A stretch of DNA of 64,000 nt from an uncultured Acidobacteriota bacterium (lineage in GTDB: Bacteria > Actinomycetota > Acidimicrobiia > Spongiisociales > ZC4RG35). The stretch is taken from positions 211,581 to 275,580 of the forward strand of contig CAVTFV010000008.1 in NCBI GenBank assembly GCA_963734115.1, given 5' to 3'. Of the stretch, positions 61,875 through 64,000 are shown piece by piece (position 1 is the first letter of the stretch; each line of letters opens with the position of its first letter). The position numbers and the translations under genes are program-made. A model generated the notes under the pieces. That model had not been told where the DNA came from. It worked only from the letters and a program-made list of their open reading frames with translations, and searched no databases.

Positions 61875-62748
61875 ATGCCGGACTGGGCGGTGGTGCCCGT
61901 CGACGGATATCTCGATCGGATGCGTGACCAGCGAGAGCTCTCGCCGCACACCCTCGAGGCATACCGGCGTGACCTGGCCCAATTCTTCGCCTACTGCGAC
62001 GACGAAGGGGTGAGCTCGATCGGCGCCGTGCGCCGACAGCATGCCCGCCGGTATCTCGGTTCCCTCTCCGCCCAGGGCTACTCGAAGCGGTCGATGACCC
62101 GCAAGGCCTCCGCCGTTCGCTCCTTCTACAACGACGCCGGCCGCCGCAATTCGGCGACGGTCAACCCATTCGAGGGTGTCTCCCGGCCCCGTCTCGACAA
62201 GCCTCTGCCCCATGCCCTACCCAGTCGGATCCTGGTGCACGCCATCGAGTCGATCGATCCCACCACCCCAGAAGGGCTTCGCGACCGAGCCCTGATCGAC
62301 ACGCTTTACTCGACCGGTCTCCGGGTCTCCGAGCTCGCCTCGCTTTCTATCGACGACGTGGGCGATGAAATGGTGACGGTGGTCGGAAAAGGCAGGAAGA
62401 CCCGTCGTGTTCCCGTGGGCAGGCCGGCCCAGGAGTCGGTGCGCCGCTATCTCGGTCAGGGGACGGCCAAAACTGGCCGGCCCGGACGCAGGGAACGCCC
62501 TTTGGGTCGGTTTGCGGGGCGGTCCGCTGGGGACGCGGGGCATCCGCTCGGTGGTGAGAAAGCGTGTCGCCACCTTCCCCCACGCCCTCAGACACAGCTT
62601 CGCCACTCATCTCCTCGAAGGTGGCGCCGATCTCCGATCCGTGCAGGACCTGCTCGGTCACACCGACCTGGCGACGACCCAGATCTACACTGCCGTCACC
62701 CGGCAGCACCTGAGAGGAACATATGACCGAAGCCACCCGAGGGCCTGA
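61875..62748 (+). CDS. xerC: tyrosine recombinase XerC/XerD-type; frameshift in a G-run near 62455
   Basis: N-terminal core-binding domain ([17 protein letters not shown]). The catalytic C-terminus ([39 protein letters not shown], Tyr in IYT) lies in the frame of ORF 62407..62748. Removing one G from CAGGGGAC restores [13 protein letters not shown]. Confidence 0.85.
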
Positions 62749-63502
62749 GACCGGTCAGGTCGATGCCCTATGGGAGCGCTTCAAGGCATCGGCGGACGCC
62801 GACGCCCGTGAGCGGCTGATCCTGCACTACTCGCCCCTGGTCAAGTACGTGGCGGGTCGGATCGGAGCCGGGCTGCCGCGTTCGGTCGATCAGAACGATC
62901 TCGCCAGCTACGGGCTGTTCGGCCTGATCGACGCCATCGACAAATTCGAGCTCGAGCGTGGCTTCAAGTTCGAGACGTATGCCATCAACCGCATCAGGGG
63001 AGCCATCCTCGACGAGCTTCGGGCCCTCGACTGGGTTCCTAGATCGGTCCGCTCGCGGGCCCGCCAGATCGAGACCGCCGTCGCCGAGCTGGAGCACAGC
63101 CTGCAGCGGGCACCCACCGACCAGGAGCTGGCCGACACTCTCGACATGGACGTCGGTGATCTGCAGGGCGCCCTCGCCGAGATCGGCCGCTCGGGGATCG
63201 CCGCGCTCGACGAATTCGTCGGATCCGACTCGTCGACGTCGGTGGGCGACATGCTGGCCGACCCGACCGGGGTATCGCCGGAGACCGCATTCCAGGCGGA
63301 GGAGACCCGGCATGGATTGGTCGACGCCATCAATCGTCTGCCACAGCGGGAGCGGCTGGTGGTCACCCTCTACTACTACGAGGGCATGACCCTGGCCGAG
63401 ATCGGCGACGTGCTCGGGGTCACCGAGTCGCGGGTCTGCCAGATCCACGCCAAGACGATGATGTCGCTCCGCAATCGCCTCGGCGAGCCGTCCTGGCAAT
63501 AG
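62723..63502 (+). CDS. whiG: RNA polymerase sigma factor, FliA/WhiG (sigma-28) family
   Basis: Regions 2.x ([15 protein letters not shown]...[14 protein letters not shown]), 3 and 4 ([34 protein letters not shown]). Confidence 0.8.
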   Translation: MTEATRGPETGQVDALWERFKASADADARERLILHYSPLVKYVAGRIGAGLPRSVDQNDLASYGLFGLIDAIDKFELERGFKFETYAINRIRGAILDELRALDWVPRSVRSRARQIETAVAELEHSLQRAPTDQELADTLDMDVGDLQGALAEIGRSGIAALDEFVGSDSSTSVGDMLADPTGVSPETAFQAEETRHGLVDAINRLPQRERLVVTLYYYEGMTLAEIGDVLGVTESRVCQIHAKTMMSLRNRLGEPSWQ

Positions 63503-63667
63503 CGTTCGTCGCACGTTTTACGTTCTACGTGAATCGTCCATAGACTTCGCGCCATCACACACGCTTGCTGACCCTCACTGGTCGGGCGAGTCCCGAAAGA
63601 GGGTCATCCGTGCAAAACGGGTAGGCACTGGCCGGCAGGCGGAGGAACAACCAGGAAAGGAGCAGCT

Positions 63668-64000
63668 TTGGCTGTCTCGATGAAGCAACTCTTGGAGGCT
63701 GGTGTCCATTTCGGGCATCAGACCCGCCGCTGGAATCCCAAGATGCGCCCCTACATCTATGGGGAGCGCAACGGGATCCACATAATCGACCTGCGGCAGA
63801 CGGTGGACCAGACCGCCGCCGCTGCCGACTACGTGAGGAATCTCACCTCCGATGGGGGCGTGGTCCTGTTTGTTGGCACCAAGAAGCAGGCCCAGGCGGC
63901 CGTCGCCGAGCACGCCGACCCGTTCCGGCATGCCCTACGTCAACTATCGCTGGCTCGGTGGGATGCTCACCAACTTCCAGACCATCCAGAAGCGCATCTT
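63668..64000 (+). CDS. rpsB: 30S ribosomal protein S2, N-terminal part (gene runs off the window end); frameshift in a C-run near 63918
   Basis: TTG start with AAGGAG 5 nt upstream. The protein begins [26 protein letters not shown] and continues in the +2 frame as [23 protein letters not shown]. Removing one C from GACCCG restores it. Confidence 0.85.
   Translation, partial: MAVSMKQLLEAGVHFGHQTRRWNPKMRPYIYGERNGIHIIDLRQTVDQTAAAADYVRNLTSDGGVVLFVGTKKQAQAAVAEHADPFRHALRQLSLARWDAHQLPDHPEAHL

Noticed and set aside
61875-62748. xerC as a phage integrase / mobile element marker
   Set aside because: It sits in the conserved chromosomal yifB-dprA-xerC position. There is no flanking attachment repeat, tRNA or phage gene, so it is the housekeeping dimer-resolution recombinase.

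Overview
This is a high-GC (about 68%), actinobacterial-type chromosomal segment. It has two conserved housekeeping blocks. The first is fpg-acyP-smc-ftsY at 0.5-6.2 kb. The second, at 45-64 kb, runs ffh-rpsP-KH-rimM, then trmD-rplS-lepB-DUF2469-yraN, then yifB-dprA-xerC-whiG-rpsB. Gene order in both blocks matches the Mycobacterium/Streptomyces backbone.

Between them lies a variable block of about 39 kb. It carries nucleoside salvage genes (cdd, deoA, upp), etfBA, a Xanthomonas-style arginine trio (argC, fused NAGS/NAGK, AOTCase-like carbamoyltransferase), sulfur genes (a two-domain rhodanese and a CysK-rhodanese fusion), two SIMPL paralogs, atl and ppc.

The most notable feature of the block is a form-I aerobic CO-dehydrogenase locus, coxM-coxS-coxL-(xdhC-YHS)-coxG, followed by five tandem small single-pass membrane proteins. 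This locus also has an unusually large maturation set: two MoxR/VWA (coxD/coxE) pairs and three XdhC-family genes, one of them fused to a YHS copper-binding domain.

Separately, a tandem duplicated and decayed ECF sigma/anti-sigma module sits at 32-35 kb, with an intact paralog at 56.9-58.2 kb.

Many genes, including the essential ffh, rpsB and xerC, carry single-base frameshifts. Those I could localise fall in G or C homopolymers, so I read most of them as assembly indels rather than pseudogenes.

Two conserved genes (coxM, pirin) appear to initiate at ATC codons that sit 5 nt downstream of a perfect AAGGAG Shine-Dalgarno.

I found no rRNA, tRNA, CRISPR array, transposase or prophage gene.

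Coordinates are anchored to the ORF track. The printed line labels and the track disagree by 1-2 nt in places, so small hairpin coordinates are good to about +/-3 nt.
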